Origin: Bacteroidota bacterium
GTDB lineage: Bacteria > Bacteroidota > Bacteroidia > UBA8524
Assembly (NCBI GenBank): GCA_016124735.1
Contig: WGMZ01000024.1
Location: 1-64,000, forward strand
DNA length: 64,000 nt
Direction: 5' to 3'
Shown here: in pieces, positions 29,601 through 38,179 of the stretch
Position numbering within the stretch: the stretch's first letter is position 1
Layout: each line of letters starts with the position of its first letter
Made by a program: the position numbers and the translations under genes
Notes under the pieces: generated by a model
Told to the model about the DNA's origin: nothing
The model's database searches: none
What the model saw: the letters and a program-made list of their open reading frames with translations, nothing else

Positions 29601-29601
29601 T
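23620..29601 (-). CDS. alpha-2-macroglobulin family protein (large, about 1990 aa)
   Basis: Signal peptide at the internal Met (MKKLLFILSMLISLCTEAQ). Repeated beta-sandwich (MG-like) segments. Thioester-region motif YGCNEQT (CxEQ retained, Asn in place of the usual Gly). Confidence 0.75.
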   Translation of the reverse strand: MKKLLFILSMLISLCTEAQLNAPLPTFDYIYQLSEKEVVALRENDFKHSTLFDRAPFDSIAKNQNAYQYLLKQRKFGYYLVVKYEKNNLSFTAVHVSDVMVSAYKTDDVWQVYIYDSSGFEKDFTLEIANKKIAALPYCHCVEWTRKRLPKEPMILHYSGGFFILKSNDFASAPHARSPKKPKEKRKGRRNRTKPSFEPGFILLNQSEFRHNDSLHVKAFLMDKKGRPYKKAVRVSIDLNQGRNRYHLDLPATQYSPGSFGFDWKVPDSLHLDEFYNLSLYAVHNKMIQKTINFKVTHYTFRNFTLSARLSKSYFLPGDSAFLILSAVDRNEIPIAGSKAEIRFNLESPGKLYTPYLSIPDSAFRHYLDTVVYLEPEKETWLRIPDALLASIDHGIRTRVKITMPNNDYQEFNLYCSGTNWKEDYGYTEDDKSVRLYYHINDRDTVSDSVNIHLIDRYFSENQIIATRLPYVIEDFSRYSAITVTDKNNRNIIRVTGNDFPISVSGKKTKDSLYLFVVNGEHYHLNWEIYYRGKRVQFGDSDTLAMLLKGDDPVQVLYRYLNGSAMYFFQTSILPQTQTLRIVHTLPELAYPGQKISAEVQVFDFFDKPVKHANITGTSINMQMPVIYPPNIPVFPKVHTKPISLYVISGPNESFPGHSGQANSEKAYRDYHLDRFLNYRAYYNPKGMDQEAFPSKDGQCYLQVAVQENDNTEWPQEVWVDDTLRYILVNYMQQRPVLVVRPGLHHLFIRTEKYTIDLDSVRFEGGHHNLIGINTAQMVSTSSIRYREVKAYYEEPELEKIEKYMLFLSLHDMRTPGYIQQDSNYYSIGQNGFGAYTNSIWYNYQVVGPLTEGMATFINRDTSISFYFDPNQIYHIDSGKVSQYPKTRLSLQNSANNRLGYLDSNDALGAREIYWQFHLMDSIEQANKNIKVAERPVQTSRVPGFENYYGGGGTALLNLQYDTSFPVVPNFCWMINLENPAYSFYNNRYLQNLTQLKAGWYTLITGSYEDEMLQIDSLFIDSLHRTFIRLDKLAKPLQVNNWGQLKYNYYQTLIRYGKKTVPLYDAYILEKENNSSLKKGSVNGQVQIDLNPGPYAYVVFIHQNGKTRYLSVANNQGYFDHYDMEPGSYWVQVISSTRQVFFAKEVRINPEKLLSLQIDCVTDTSFLNKVSALIDYRKWDKRQAHYLPLDKPFANLQGTITSKEHAKAVAGVRIQVLLDGIVVGGAISDNEGNYSICCLQKGIYQVEFKGLGYQISSYEKVELRNNKSLVLNAVLNNSQENSLYTYMYNFGDVQKKLYKNPVIREDDNAMMVEESISMMSGRSVNRISNMASGVFSVNVKQKSKDKGLRTIESAIHEKDRMDEMSNDPNANKIREDFRSNGFWVPNLITNKEGKTAFTFTLPDDQTKWVNYLVAINRKRQTVLNTSYTRSYKPLSVSLRVPEFVTVGDRIEVSANVRDLTGDSTSVKIQKDLGNGESSDSLTVKKYFRDQEWLQVKSGMDSLKLHYSLQYGNYIDGEMRPVPVHSNLIYDRKVQTRILDKGQITTLYFDSSARKKSLRLESGIRDLVMEEINRLNAYHYGCNEQTASKLIALVWQTKFLQLIGETPTTDKEIEKMIHRLEKAQNKDGGWGWYQGSNSQTPMTLYVAKALLLADQNGYSNKAARSAVGALINKLQQLEYSDRILTMMEAHQVKLRLDYPGFIAQMDTLNLSLEAQLNLIQLKQELALDVDVKPLLQSIKYTNKGHGYVDGNSRWGFNAATMSLTMQTYSILKKAGGYEKERKAMRLFVFDKLGYVSRNTFERAAIINALMEEVLAENGSLIAVKVNGKLIQSSGEIAIEGSEIEIENQGADISVIAIEEIESEGNTSISQGIEVWTSFSRDTNEVLEVQAGNLANLRVKVKVSEYQKYLVMNVPIPSGFQIVSKPAGYGRETGREYFADHIVIYFEALPRGSYTFDFQLLPQFDGTLTLMPAQMENMYVPEIYGREARKMVVVK

Positions 29602-29873
29602 GGTTCCAACATTTAAAGAGCAGCGTATGCCTCTAATACGTCGTTTTAAAGTTAAACGTTGGAAATTAACAAATTGATAATACAACAGTGTAGCCTGATC
29701 GAATCAATTGGCAGGATGTTTCTATTATTCGACCACGGTATGCACAAAATATGCATCAGGCTATTGCACTATTCACCGTCTTGCGGAGCTGCCGGCAGTT
29801 CTGAGAATAGGATAGCCTGCAGGCAGTTCGGCGATTTCCGGTTTATTGTCTTCCGGATGTATAAGTAGCTCTT

Positions 29874-31232
29874 TTACCGGTTTATTTGAATTCGCTGATT
29901 CTGTCCCTGGAACAAGAAAATGTAGGTGCCGGCACTCAGGGCATGCACATCAATTTCTGCTTCATCTGCTAATTTCATTCCTTTCAGAACCAGTTTGCCT
30001 TGCATGGTGTAAATCCGGTATTCTCCCTGTTTTTCGTCTTTTATTATGAGCTTTCCTTGGGTGGGGTTGGGGTAGACCTGTATAGAACTTTCGTATACTT
30101 CAAAAAGTCCATTGGACAAACCAGGGATGAAAACCACATTGCTGTAAAAGGTATCCTGATTATTAACGGCTCTTAATCTGTAGTAAAAACTACTATCTCT
30201 TGAAAGAACAGAATCTACTAATTGAACGCCATTTCCGTGGGTGATATTTTGCAAAGGGGCACTAATGCTTTTGAAGCCATTAGATGTGGACCTCTCCAGA
30301 TTTATTTGGACGTTGGATGCCCAATTGCTGCTGTTGCTTGTAAAAGTGAAGACCTTGGAATCAATTTGATCCGTATTTAGGCAAAGAGAAGGATTGATGC
30401 TGTCAAACAATATAATTGGCAGCCCACAATCAAACTGGGTAACCTGTCCATTTTCGTAGCCAAGCATGCTCAATGGAAAGTAGAATATTCCGGGGTTTGT
30501 GAAATGAAGTTGATATTGTGAGTCGTTTAGTTGTACATAGGTTCCCTTTGTCCCGAGTGGATTTGACTTACTATACCCCGACTTATAAGTGCCGGGATTA
30601 CGGGAGGGCAATTTATCAGGAGGCGAGGGCACAGGGTCATGAACATCTCCAAACACATAAAATTCGTCAGATACGATTCGTATTGAATCAAAATAATTAT
30701 TCCAGTGAGGAAAAGTAAAAGTATAGGTTGAATCGGAATGCAGGAATATTGGCGGATATTCAGAAAACCGGAAGCTTATATCGCCTGGTTTTAATTTGCT
30801 TTGATCAGGTGTGCTAATACGTAATTCAGTGCCCTGGTCATTTTCGATATTATTAAAATATCTGAGACAGCAGAGGCCAGAGAAAAAAGTATAACCAACT
30901 GTTGATGCAGGTAAGTTAACTTCATTGTAGTACACACGCATTCGAATATCGATTCCGTGAATTGCGTCTCGGTAATAGGTTTGATCGTTGCGCGTAGGAA
31001 CCTGGATTACATATTGAATTGATCCATTCGTCCCCTTGTCGTATATACCAACCGTTATAAAATCATCAAATGAATTTACAGCATCTCTGATTTGAATGAC
31101 TTTAATCCGATAACGGTGCAACCCATTTCCTTGCAATCCAAGGTACTCAACAGATCCATCGGTATAGAGAATATTAGATGAAAATGCAGGCAGAACCAGC
31201 AGATTCATCAAAATTACAATCAGCTTTTTCAT
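29874..31232 (-). CDS. secreted T9SS cargo protein, hypothetical
   Basis: 452 aa. Signal peptide. C-terminal sorting domain (VYPNPTQGKL...GTYIF). Confidence 0.6.
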   Translation of the reverse strand: MKKLIVILMNLLVLPAFSSNILYTDGSVEYLGLQGNGLHRYRIKVIQIRDAVNSFDDFITVGIYDKGTNGSIQYVIQVPTRNDQTYYRDAIHGIDIRMRVYYNEVNLPASTVGYTFFSGLCCLRYFNNIENDQGTELRISTPDQSKLKPGDISFRFSEYPPIFLHSDSTYTFTFPHWNNYFDSIRIVSDEFYVFGDVHDPVPSPPDKLPSRNPGTYKSGYSKSNPLGTKGTYVQLNDSQYQLHFTNPGIFYFPLSMLGYENGQVTQFDCGLPIILFDSINPSLCLNTDQIDSKVFTFTSNSSNWASNVQINLERSTSNGFKSISAPLQNITHGNGVQLVDSVLSRDSSFYYRLRAVNNQDTFYSNVVFIPGLSNGLFEVYESSIQVYPNPTQGKLIIKDEKQGEYRIYTMQGKLVLKGMKLADEAEIDVHALSAGTYIFLFQGQNQRIQINR

Positions 31233-31274
31233 CCTTTGGTTTCTTTGTTAACAAACCAAATTAAATCAAATTGC

Positions 31275-32702
31275 CTAGTAATAATAAAAACTTAGCACTT
31301 GTTTCGATCCATTGGGGTGAATTCCTTCAATGACGATCCGTCCGCGGATGCGCTCTAAGTCGTGTATAAAGTCTTCAACTTTATTGTAGCTGGTGTTGTT
31401 GAGTTTCACAAAGATGAATCCATCCGGGATATTCATCTTACGTATCATCCCATTTTTAATGTTGGTCACACGGAAGCCATCTTCAATCCCGTAGCGGTCG
31501 CGCTCAACCTTGGAAATGCGTTCAAAATCGGCCCCTAAAATATCGCTGTGAACCAATTTATGCTTGAGCATGGCCGTGGTGCCTTCACGATTTACCAGGG
31601 TCAATTTCTTTTCGCCGCCCTTGCTCAAAGTGACGTTGATTTTGGCTCCCGGACGGTAGTAGGCGATTTGCTCATCAAAAAGTGCCTTGCTGTCGACTTC
31701 GGTTCCATTTACTTTTAAGATGACATCTCCTTCGCTGATGCCTGCATCGTGGGCCGGACCGTCTTTCCCCACATAAGCCACATAAACACCCTTGTCCTGA
31801 TTGCCAGTCCTTTTTAAAATTTCTGAAGTGATATCAACCACTTCCATCCCCGTGAAAGCGCGCTGCACTTCTCCAAACTCTTTCAGGTCTTTGATGATTT
31901 TGCTCACAATATTCACCGGAATAGCAAAACCATATCCATTGTATGCTCCGGTGCGGGAAGCAATGGCGGTGTTGATTCCAATTAAATCGCCCTTGAGATT
32001 GACCAAAGCTCCTCCCGAATTCCCGGGGTTAATGGCCGCGTCGGTTTGAATAAAACTCTCAATGGGAAACTGATTACTCACCACATTGATATTTCGACCT
32101 TTGGCACTTACAATTCCAGCGGTCACAGTGGAAGTGAGGTTAAAGGGATTTCCCACGGCCAGCACCCATTCTCCAATTTCGACCTCTTCTGAATTGCCAA
32201 ATGCAATGGCAGGGAGTCCTTCGGCATCAATCTTCAATAATGCCAGATCGGTGGAAGGATCGGTGCCAATAACCTTGGCAGGATAGACGTAACGATTATT
32301 GTTTAATATTACCTCAATGGATGTGGCTCCATCGACCACATGGTTGTTGGTGGCAATGTATCCATCTTCGCTAACGATTACACCCGATCCGGAGCTGGTT
32401 TGTTCGCCTCTTTGTCCGAAGAGATTGAACCAATCATCCCAATAAGAAGAGACCTGTGCAGGAGAAACTGTTTTGATATAAACCACACAGGGGGTGCTTT
32501 TTTTCGATGCGTCTACAAATTCTACATTCCCCAAATTGAGGCTGGATGCGCTGTAATTTGCTGAGTGGAATGCATACTGACTGCTGTCGACAGGTATTGT
32601 TTGAGATGATTCTGTCTTTTGAGACAATGAGAAAATCCAGGCTCCGCTGAAACCGCATGTCAGGGATACAATTGAGAATAGGAGGTATTTCTTCAACATC
32701 AC
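31275..32702 (-). CDS. Do/HtrA/DegP-family periplasmic serine protease with PDZ domain
   Basis: 475 aa. Catalytic triad context (TNNHVV, D..LLKI, GNSGGAL). C-terminal PDZ. Confidence 0.85.
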   Translation of the reverse strand: MMLKKYLLFSIVSLTCGFSGAWIFSLSQKTESSQTIPVDSSQYAFHSANYSASSLNLGNVEFVDASKKSTPCVVYIKTVSPAQVSSYWDDWFNLFGQRGEQTSSGSGVIVSEDGYIATNNHVVDGATSIEVILNNNRYVYPAKVIGTDPSTDLALLKIDAEGLPAIAFGNSEEVEIGEWVLAVGNPFNLTSTVTAGIVSAKGRNINVVSNQFPIESFIQTDAAINPGNSGGALVNLKGDLIGINTAIASRTGAYNGYGFAIPVNIVSKIIKDLKEFGEVQRAFTGMEVVDITSEILKRTGNQDKGVYVAYVGKDGPAHDAGISEGDVILKVNGTEVDSKALFDEQIAYYRPGAKINVTLSKGGEKKLTLVNREGTTAMLKHKLVHSDILGADFERISKVERDRYGIEDGFRVTNIKNGMIRKMNIPDGFIFVKLNNTSYNKVEDFIHDLERIRGRIVIEGIHPNGSKQVLSFYYY

Positions 32703-32747
32703 TTTTATTGTTTGAGAATCTGATCCTCAAACATACAAAAGCAATGC

Positions 32748-33938
32748 CTAGAGGGCATTGGGGTTTTCCACAATTTCTCCTTTCAGATACAATTTGGAAA
32801 CCGGGTGTGCCGGATCGTTGGTAATCACGGTGATAAATTTCGTGTCTTCGCCAACACGTCCGGATGTATGAAAGGCTACTGAAATAACGGCAGAATCGCC
32901 GGATGAAATTTCCATTTTGTCAGCTTCCACGCCCGTGCAACCGCAGGAAGGCTGAATTTTATGAATAATCAGTGGTCTTTTTCCATCATTTCTCAATACG
33001 AAGCGGGTCCTCATCGTATCGCCTTGCAGGATTTTACCGTAATTGTATTCCTGGGTATTCCAGTCACTCACAGGGTTGTGTCTTTTTCTCCGGCGGGTCT
33101 GCCTGGGGAAACGTTCCAGGATATGTGCGTTGACGTTTAATGGGACTTCCGGAACATAGGGATCATCGGTAACCAGAGTCAGGTAATGAATCATGTCGCC
33201 GTATTCGTTCACCTGCCGGGCATCGTAAATGATTTGAATGGTGCCTTCCTGCTTGGGCAGTATGACACTTCTATTATTATTCAAAAGAATGTATGCCGGC
33301 CGTCCGATAATACCTTTCAACTGAATCGGGCGATCTCCGGAATTGTACATTTTGATCTCGAAGGTATCAATATCATCCTGATACATGAAGCCAAAATCAT
33401 AGTAAGCGCTATTCATTTTTAGGTTTCCCAAATCCACCGTGTACTGGTCGGCAATGGTTTGGGGCTTGGGAATCACTTCTCCTTTCACTCCCAGATACAC
33501 TTGATACGGGATGCCGGTGTTGAAAGCAAAAATGGGCTCTTCGAAGCTTCCGCTCTTGCCTTTGGGGTTGTAGTTGACATAGATCACAACCGAATCGCCG
33601 GCCAGAAGGGTGTCTTTGCTCGCGATTACTTCCGTGCAACCGCAGGATACCATAAGCTTGGTAATAACCAAGGGGTCTTTGGCAATATTCCAACCAATGA
33701 ATTTTAAGGTCTGAACACCGTCTTCCTCATGAATGATTCCAAAATCAAGCTGCCTGTTTTTAATATACAAGCAGCCTCTTTTCATTTCATAATTCTCCGA
33801 CAAATCAATCTGTGCGAAAGAGGAGGCGGCAAATATCAGGGCCAGGAAGGAATATATATAACGGTGGTACGCTTTTAACATAATCAGCATTTTTTTCAAA
33901 AAGTATTCCATCTCTTGAACAGCAAAGATGCAAAACAC
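32748..33938 (-). CDS. DUF1573 domain protein (two repeats)
   Basis: 396 aa. Two copies of the SCGCT motif (MVSCGCTEV, IQPSCGCTGV) typical of DUF1573 beta-sandwich modules. Confidence 0.65.
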   Translation of the reverse strand: MFCIFAVQEMEYFLKKMLIMLKAYHRYIYSFLALIFAASSFAQIDLSENYEMKRGCLYIKNRQLDFGIIHEEDGVQTLKFIGWNIAKDPLVITKLMVSCGCTEVIASKDTLLAGDSVVIYVNYNPKGKSGSFEEPIFAFNTGIPYQVYLGVKGEVIPKPQTIADQYTVDLGNLKMNSAYYDFGFMYQDDIDTFEIKMYNSGDRPIQLKGIIGRPAYILLNNNRSVILPKQEGTIQIIYDARQVNEYGDMIHYLTLVTDDPYVPEVPLNVNAHILERFPRQTRRRKRHNPVSDWNTQEYNYGKILQGDTMRTRFVLRNDGKRPLIIHKIQPSCGCTGVEADKMEISSGDSAVISVAFHTSGRVGEDTKFITVITNDPAHPVSKLYLKGEIVENPNAL

Positions 33939-33979
33939 AGATGATTGAAATGCTGCCGGGGTTGCATTACTTTTGAAAG

Positions 33980-35011
33980 GTGCGGAATGATTTAATCAAT
34001 GCGGACGATGAGCACCTCGATCCCCTGGACAGGGATGTAGAAAAGGTGTTAAGACCCAGTGAGTTTGAGGACTTTGCCGGGCAGGATAAGATTTTGGAGA
34101 ATCTGAAGATTTTTGTGAAGGCAGCCAAACTGAGAGGTGAAGCGCTGGATCATGTGTTGCTTCATGGGCCTCCGGGACTTGGCAAAACCACCCTGTCGCA
34201 TATCATTGCCAATGAATTGGAAGCCGGAATCAAGATGACTTCCGGGCCCGTTTTGGAGAAACCGGGCGATTTGGCCGGTCTGCTAACCAATTTGGATGAA
34301 GGGGATGTCTTGTTTATAGATGAGATCCATCGATTGAGTCCGGTGGTGGAAGAATACCTGTATTCTGCCATGGAAGATTTTCGGATAGATATTATGTTGG
34401 AAAGCGGTCCCAATGCGCGTTCTGTGCAGCTGACACTCAACCCCTTTACCCTGATTGGTGCCACCACCCGATCCGGACTGCTTACTTCCCCACTGCGTGC
34501 ACGTTTTGGTATTACCGCGCGGCTCGAATATTATGATGCCAAGCTGCTTACCCGCATTGTGGAGCGTTCTTCCGGCATTCTGAAAAGTCCCATTAAGGAA
34601 GATGCCGCTTTTGAGATTGCCCGTCGAAGCAGAGGAACTCCCCGTATTGCCAATGCCTTGCTAAGAAGAACCCGCGACTTCGCCCAAATCAAAGGGGATG
34701 GAACCATTACCGTCGACATCGCAAAAATGGCGCTCAATGCACTGAACGTAGACAGTCATGGTTTGGATGAGATGGACAACCGGATAATTCTGACTATCAT
34801 CGATAAATTTAAAGGCGGACCCGTAGGCTTAACAACGATTGCGACGGCTGTTGGAGAAGAGGCAGGAACCATTGAAGAAGTGTATGAGCCATTTCTGATT
34901 CAGGAAGGCTATATGGTGCGCACCCCTCGGGGTCGCGAAGTAACAGAAAAGGCATACAAGCATTTGGGAAAAATGAATACCCGGGGAAATTCTGACCTTT
35001 TCAATGCCTGA
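33980..35011 (+). CDS. ruvB: Holliday junction branch migration helicase RuvB
   Basis: 343 aa. Walker [14 protein letters not shown]. Canonical RuvB sensor and winged-helix regions. Confidence 0.95.
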   Translation: MRNDLINADDEHLDPLDRDVEKVLRPSEFEDFAGQDKILENLKIFVKAAKLRGEALDHVLLHGPPGLGKTTLSHIIANELEAGIKMTSGPVLEKPGDLAGLLTNLDEGDVLFIDEIHRLSPVVEEYLYSAMEDFRIDIMLESGPNARSVQLTLNPFTLIGATTRSGLLTSPLRARFGITARLEYYDAKLLTRIVERSSGILKSPIKEDAAFEIARRSRGTPRIANALLRRTRDFAQIKGDGTITVDIAKMALNALNVDSHGLDEMDNRIILTIIDKFKGGPVGLTTIATAVGEEAGTIEEVYEPFLIQEGYMVRTPRGREVTEKAYKHLGKMNTRGNSDLFNA

Positions 35012-35943
35012 TGAATACCTTGCAACTTCAGAAAAGGAGCCAATGGCTGAAAAATATTTCCCGTGAATTGGGTTTCAGCTTTTGTGGGGTATCTGAAGCG
35101 CGTTTTTTGGAAGAAGAGGCTGGACGCTTGGAGCAATGGCTGTCTGCAAACCATCATGGCCAGATGGCTTATATGGCCAATCATTTTGAAAAACGACTGG
35201 ACCCTCGCTTGTTGGTCCCGGGTGCGAAAACGGTGGTCAGCTTGTTATTTAATTATCATAATCCGGTGGTGGCAGAAGACCCGACTGCCCCCAAAGTGGC
35301 TAGCTATGCACTGGGCCGGGATTATCACAAGGTTGTCAAGAAACGTCTGCTTCAATTAATGCAGAAATTGGAAGCTGAATACGGGCAGTTACAGGGAAGA
35401 GCTTTCGTAGATTCGGCGCCGGTCATGGAAAAGCAGTGGGCAGCTCAGTCGGGCTTGGGCTGGACGGGCAAAAATACTCTGCTGATCAACAAGCAGCAGG
35501 GAAGCTATTTCTTTCTGGCGGAATTAATCATCGATCTTGAAATGGAGGCAGATGCGCCAATCAGGGATTATTGCGGAACCTGCACAGCCTGTATCGATGC
35601 ATGTCCTACCGAGGCAATCACACCGTATCATTTGGCTGCTGAGAAATGCATTTCCTATCTCACCATTGAACTCAAAGAGGCTATACCTCAGGAATTTCAG
35701 GGTAAGATGGATGGCTGGGCCTTCGGTTGTGATATCTGCCAACAGGTATGTCCCTGGAACCGCTTTGCTCAAAAAAATAACGAAGCAGACTTTCAGCCAA
35801 AAGCCTTTTTAAACTGGACGAAGGAGAAGTGGCAGGAGATGGATGAATCTGCTTTCAATAAAGTTTTTGAAGCGACTCCTTTGAAGCGTGCAGGTTTTGA
35901 GAAGATGAAGCAGAATATCCGTTATGCTTCAGAAGGTTTTTGA
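35011..35943 (+). CDS. queG: epoxyqueuosine reductase QueG
   Basis: 310 aa. Two 4Fe-4S cluster motifs (CGTCTACIDACP, CDICQQVCPWN). Confidence 0.85.
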   Translation: MNTLQLQKRSQWLKNISRELGFSFCGVSEARFLEEEAGRLEQWLSANHHGQMAYMANHFEKRLDPRLLVPGAKTVVSLLFNYHNPVVAEDPTAPKVASYALGRDYHKVVKKRLLQLMQKLEAEYGQLQGRAFVDSAPVMEKQWAAQSGLGWTGKNTLLINKQQGSYFFLAELIIDLEMEADAPIRDYCGTCTACIDACPTEAITPYHLAAEKCISYLTIELKEAIPQEFQGKMDGWAFGCDICQQVCPWNRFAQKNNEADFQPKAFLNWTKEKWQEMDESAFNKVFEATPLKRAGFEKMKQNIRYASEGF

Positions 35944-36363
35944 TCCTCCAGCATGGCTTCCGCACTCAATTGCCCCGGAGAAAAGCGGAATCCTTCGTAC
36001 AAGGCAATACCATAAAAGAGGATGTCCATCTGACTGAAATTTTCCCGCATAAATTCGAACATCATCCCCAAAAGAACCAGGTTGAAAGTTTCTAAGTATG
36101 AAACGCCAGCTTCGTATGAACGGCGGGGTTCTGGTCCTGTCTGTATTCTGCACGGCTGGCTTCAAAGTCAGCTATCTTTTGAGTCGGTCCGCAATCGATT
36201 CCAAGTTTTGTATCAAAAGATTGGTTGATCCCTACACTGCAAAATTCGAGGTGTTCTTTACGACTCATGATTCATTTGGTTCAAAAATCAAGATAGAAAT
36301 GATTTGAAATGCGTACGTAGTAAATGCAAAAAAAAGCCCCTGAAATGGCAGACAGGGACGCCA

Positions 36364-36400
36364 GTCTCTTGTCTCTCGTCTCTCGTCTCTTGTCTCTTCT
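36364..36400. repeat. heptamer tandem repeat (GTCTCTY x5)
   Basis: gtctcttgtctctcgtctctcgtctcttgtctcttc. Followed by a GACCCC-TTCG-GGGGTC tetraloop hairpin at 36406-36421. Confidence 0.8.
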
Positions 36401-36508
36401 TTTGGGCGACCCCTTCGGGGTCCAACTTCGCCAATCTCCGAACTCAAGCTTGATCTCAAACTGAACCTCAATTCTACCCCGTCAGGATTGTATAAAACGG
36501 CAGATTCT

Positions 36509-36635
36509 TGTCTCAATGTCTCAATGTCTCAAAGTCGCAAAGTCTCAATGTCGCAAAGTCTCAATGTCGCAAAGTCTCAATGTCTCAATGTCGCAAAGTC
36601 TCAATGTCTCAATGTCTCAATGTCGCAAAGTCTCT
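36509..36635. repeat. octamer tandem array (about 16 units, WGTCKCAA)
   Basis: Alternating TGTCTCAA / AGTCGCAA units. The track ORFs 36488..36778 are translations of this repeat. Confidence 0.85.
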
Positions 36636-36671
36636 CATCTTCCTACTCATGTACTCCCTACTCAAGTACTT

Positions 36672-38150
36672 TCAATACGCACTTCCGTCCCTCCTTCTTT
36701 TGCGGATTACCAGACGTTCGCAGGTATTCAGATCGGAGTTCAATTCGGCATTTAAAACCTTATTTCCAAGTTGAATGATGATGGTCACCGTATTCGGGGG
36801 AATGCTTCCGAGATTGTGAGCATAGAGCAACAATTCATTTTCCCCTTCTTTCAGCGGGAACCAAAAGCTGTCTTTTTTGGCGGTCAGGGGTTGGTGATAA
36901 ATCAATGGTTTTCCATTGCAGTACAGCGAGATAGTATCTCCATCAATCTTCTGTGAATCCCACACCTTAACCAAAATGGAATCTTCAAAGGTAGAAATGC
37001 TTTGATGGGTAATAACTTTTCGGCTTCTATCGGGAATGTATGGAGGAGCCGTGCCGTCTTTCACCGGTTCTTTGAATACCATTAATGAATCCGGGACTGA
37101 CTCTTCTTCGAATTTCTTTCGTATCCGTTTTTTCCGAGGTTTGATCAGTATGGCAGGACGAAATACGGCCAATCCGTTCTTTGAGGTACCGCACCAAATG
37201 CTGCCATCCGGACCGAGCAGTAAGCGGGTGATTCCATCGCCCTTTACTTTTAAATCCGGCTTATAGCCACGCCAGTATTCTCCGTTATACACCGCAATTC
37301 CCGAGTTGAATTGAGTCGATATCATCACCCTGCCATCCGGAAGAATGACCAGATTATGCGCCACATAGCGTTCTTCGCCTTTGTATGAGCACATTAAATC
37401 ATGGGGGCCTCCTTTAATCACCGCCCATTTGCCATCGAAGCGATGAAGGTATCCGTCGTCCATGCATGTTCCCCATATTACTCCATTGTCGTCTTTGGCA
37501 ATCTGATAATAGGCAAAATCGCCCAACTTCCTGGGTTTCGTGGAATAGGTTCCGTCGCTTCTTTTGCTGTAGCGATACAATCCTTCACGAAAGGCTACCA
37601 GAGCGTCTCCATTGTCTTCTATGTAAATGCAAAACACATCACCAAAGCGGTCGTTCATGCTCGTTACCGTGCGGCCGTTGACAATTTGATACAGATTATG
37701 CGTGCTTTTATTCCCTCCTACGCATCCGACCAATACCACGCCTTCGGAGTTGGAGTTGATCACACTTGGCGATTCTTTGGGAATGCCTAAGGTGTCAAAC
37801 TGGTTGTAAGCAAAATTAAAAAAGAGCACATAGCCGAATTGTCCGGCAATGATATACCGGCCATGGGTCGTTTGAGTCCAATCATTCATCCACCAGCCTG
37901 AAGCCCGGCCTGATTTTGCCACATCTTCCCATCTGCCTCCCCGGGTAATACGGATTAATGGATCGCCAGTACTGCTGATCCAGATATTTTCTTCATCATC
38001 TAGATATAAATCGGTAATGAAGTTGGAAGGCACTTCCGAATTGCTGGTATCGAAGAATTGCCAGGCATATTTCTGAAATTCCAGATACTGCGCCTGCACT
38101 CCGGTGCCCAGCAACCAAAGTAAAAACAGCAATCCCCCTTTGCGATTCAT
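36672..38150 (-). CDS. secreted beta-propeller repeat protein (two-component-regulator-propeller-like repeats)
   Basis: About 492 aa from the signal-peptide Met (MNRKGGLLFLLWLLGTGVQAQ). Repeated motifs of the type IWIGT, DGxIW and GLxxY. Confidence 0.5.
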   Translation of the reverse strand: MNRKGGLLFLLWLLGTGVQAQYLEFQKYAWQFFDTSNSEVPSNFITDLYLDDEENIWISSTGDPLIRITRGGRWEDVAKSGRASGWWMNDWTQTTHGRYIIAGQFGYVLFFNFAYNQFDTLGIPKESPSVINSNSEGVVLVGCVGGNKSTHNLYQIVNGRTVTSMNDRFGDVFCIYIEDNGDALVAFREGLYRYSKRSDGTYSTKPRKLGDFAYYQIAKDDNGVIWGTCMDDGYLHRFDGKWAVIKGGPHDLMCSYKGEERYVAHNLVILPDGRVMISTQFNSGIAVYNGEYWRGYKPDLKVKGDGITRLLLGPDGSIWCGTSKNGLAVFRPAILIKPRKKRIRKKFEEESVPDSLMVFKEPVKDGTAPPYIPDRSRKVITHQSISTFEDSILVKVWDSQKIDGDTISLYCNGKPLIYHQPLTAKKDSFWFPLKEGENELLLYAHNLGSIPPNTVTIIIQLGNKVLNAELNSDLNTCERLVIRKRRRDGSAY

Positions 38151-38179
38151 TTTAAACAATATACCAATTTTCCTTTTCA

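Noticed and set aside
36509-36635. Possible CRISPR array
   Set aside because: The repeat unit is only 8 nt, with no spacers and no cas genes. It is a microsatellite-like array.
36488-36778. Three overlapping plus-strand ORFs (MSQS..., MSQC...)
   Set aside because: They are translations of the octamer tandem repeat in three frames. Composition is periodic and there is no coding signal.
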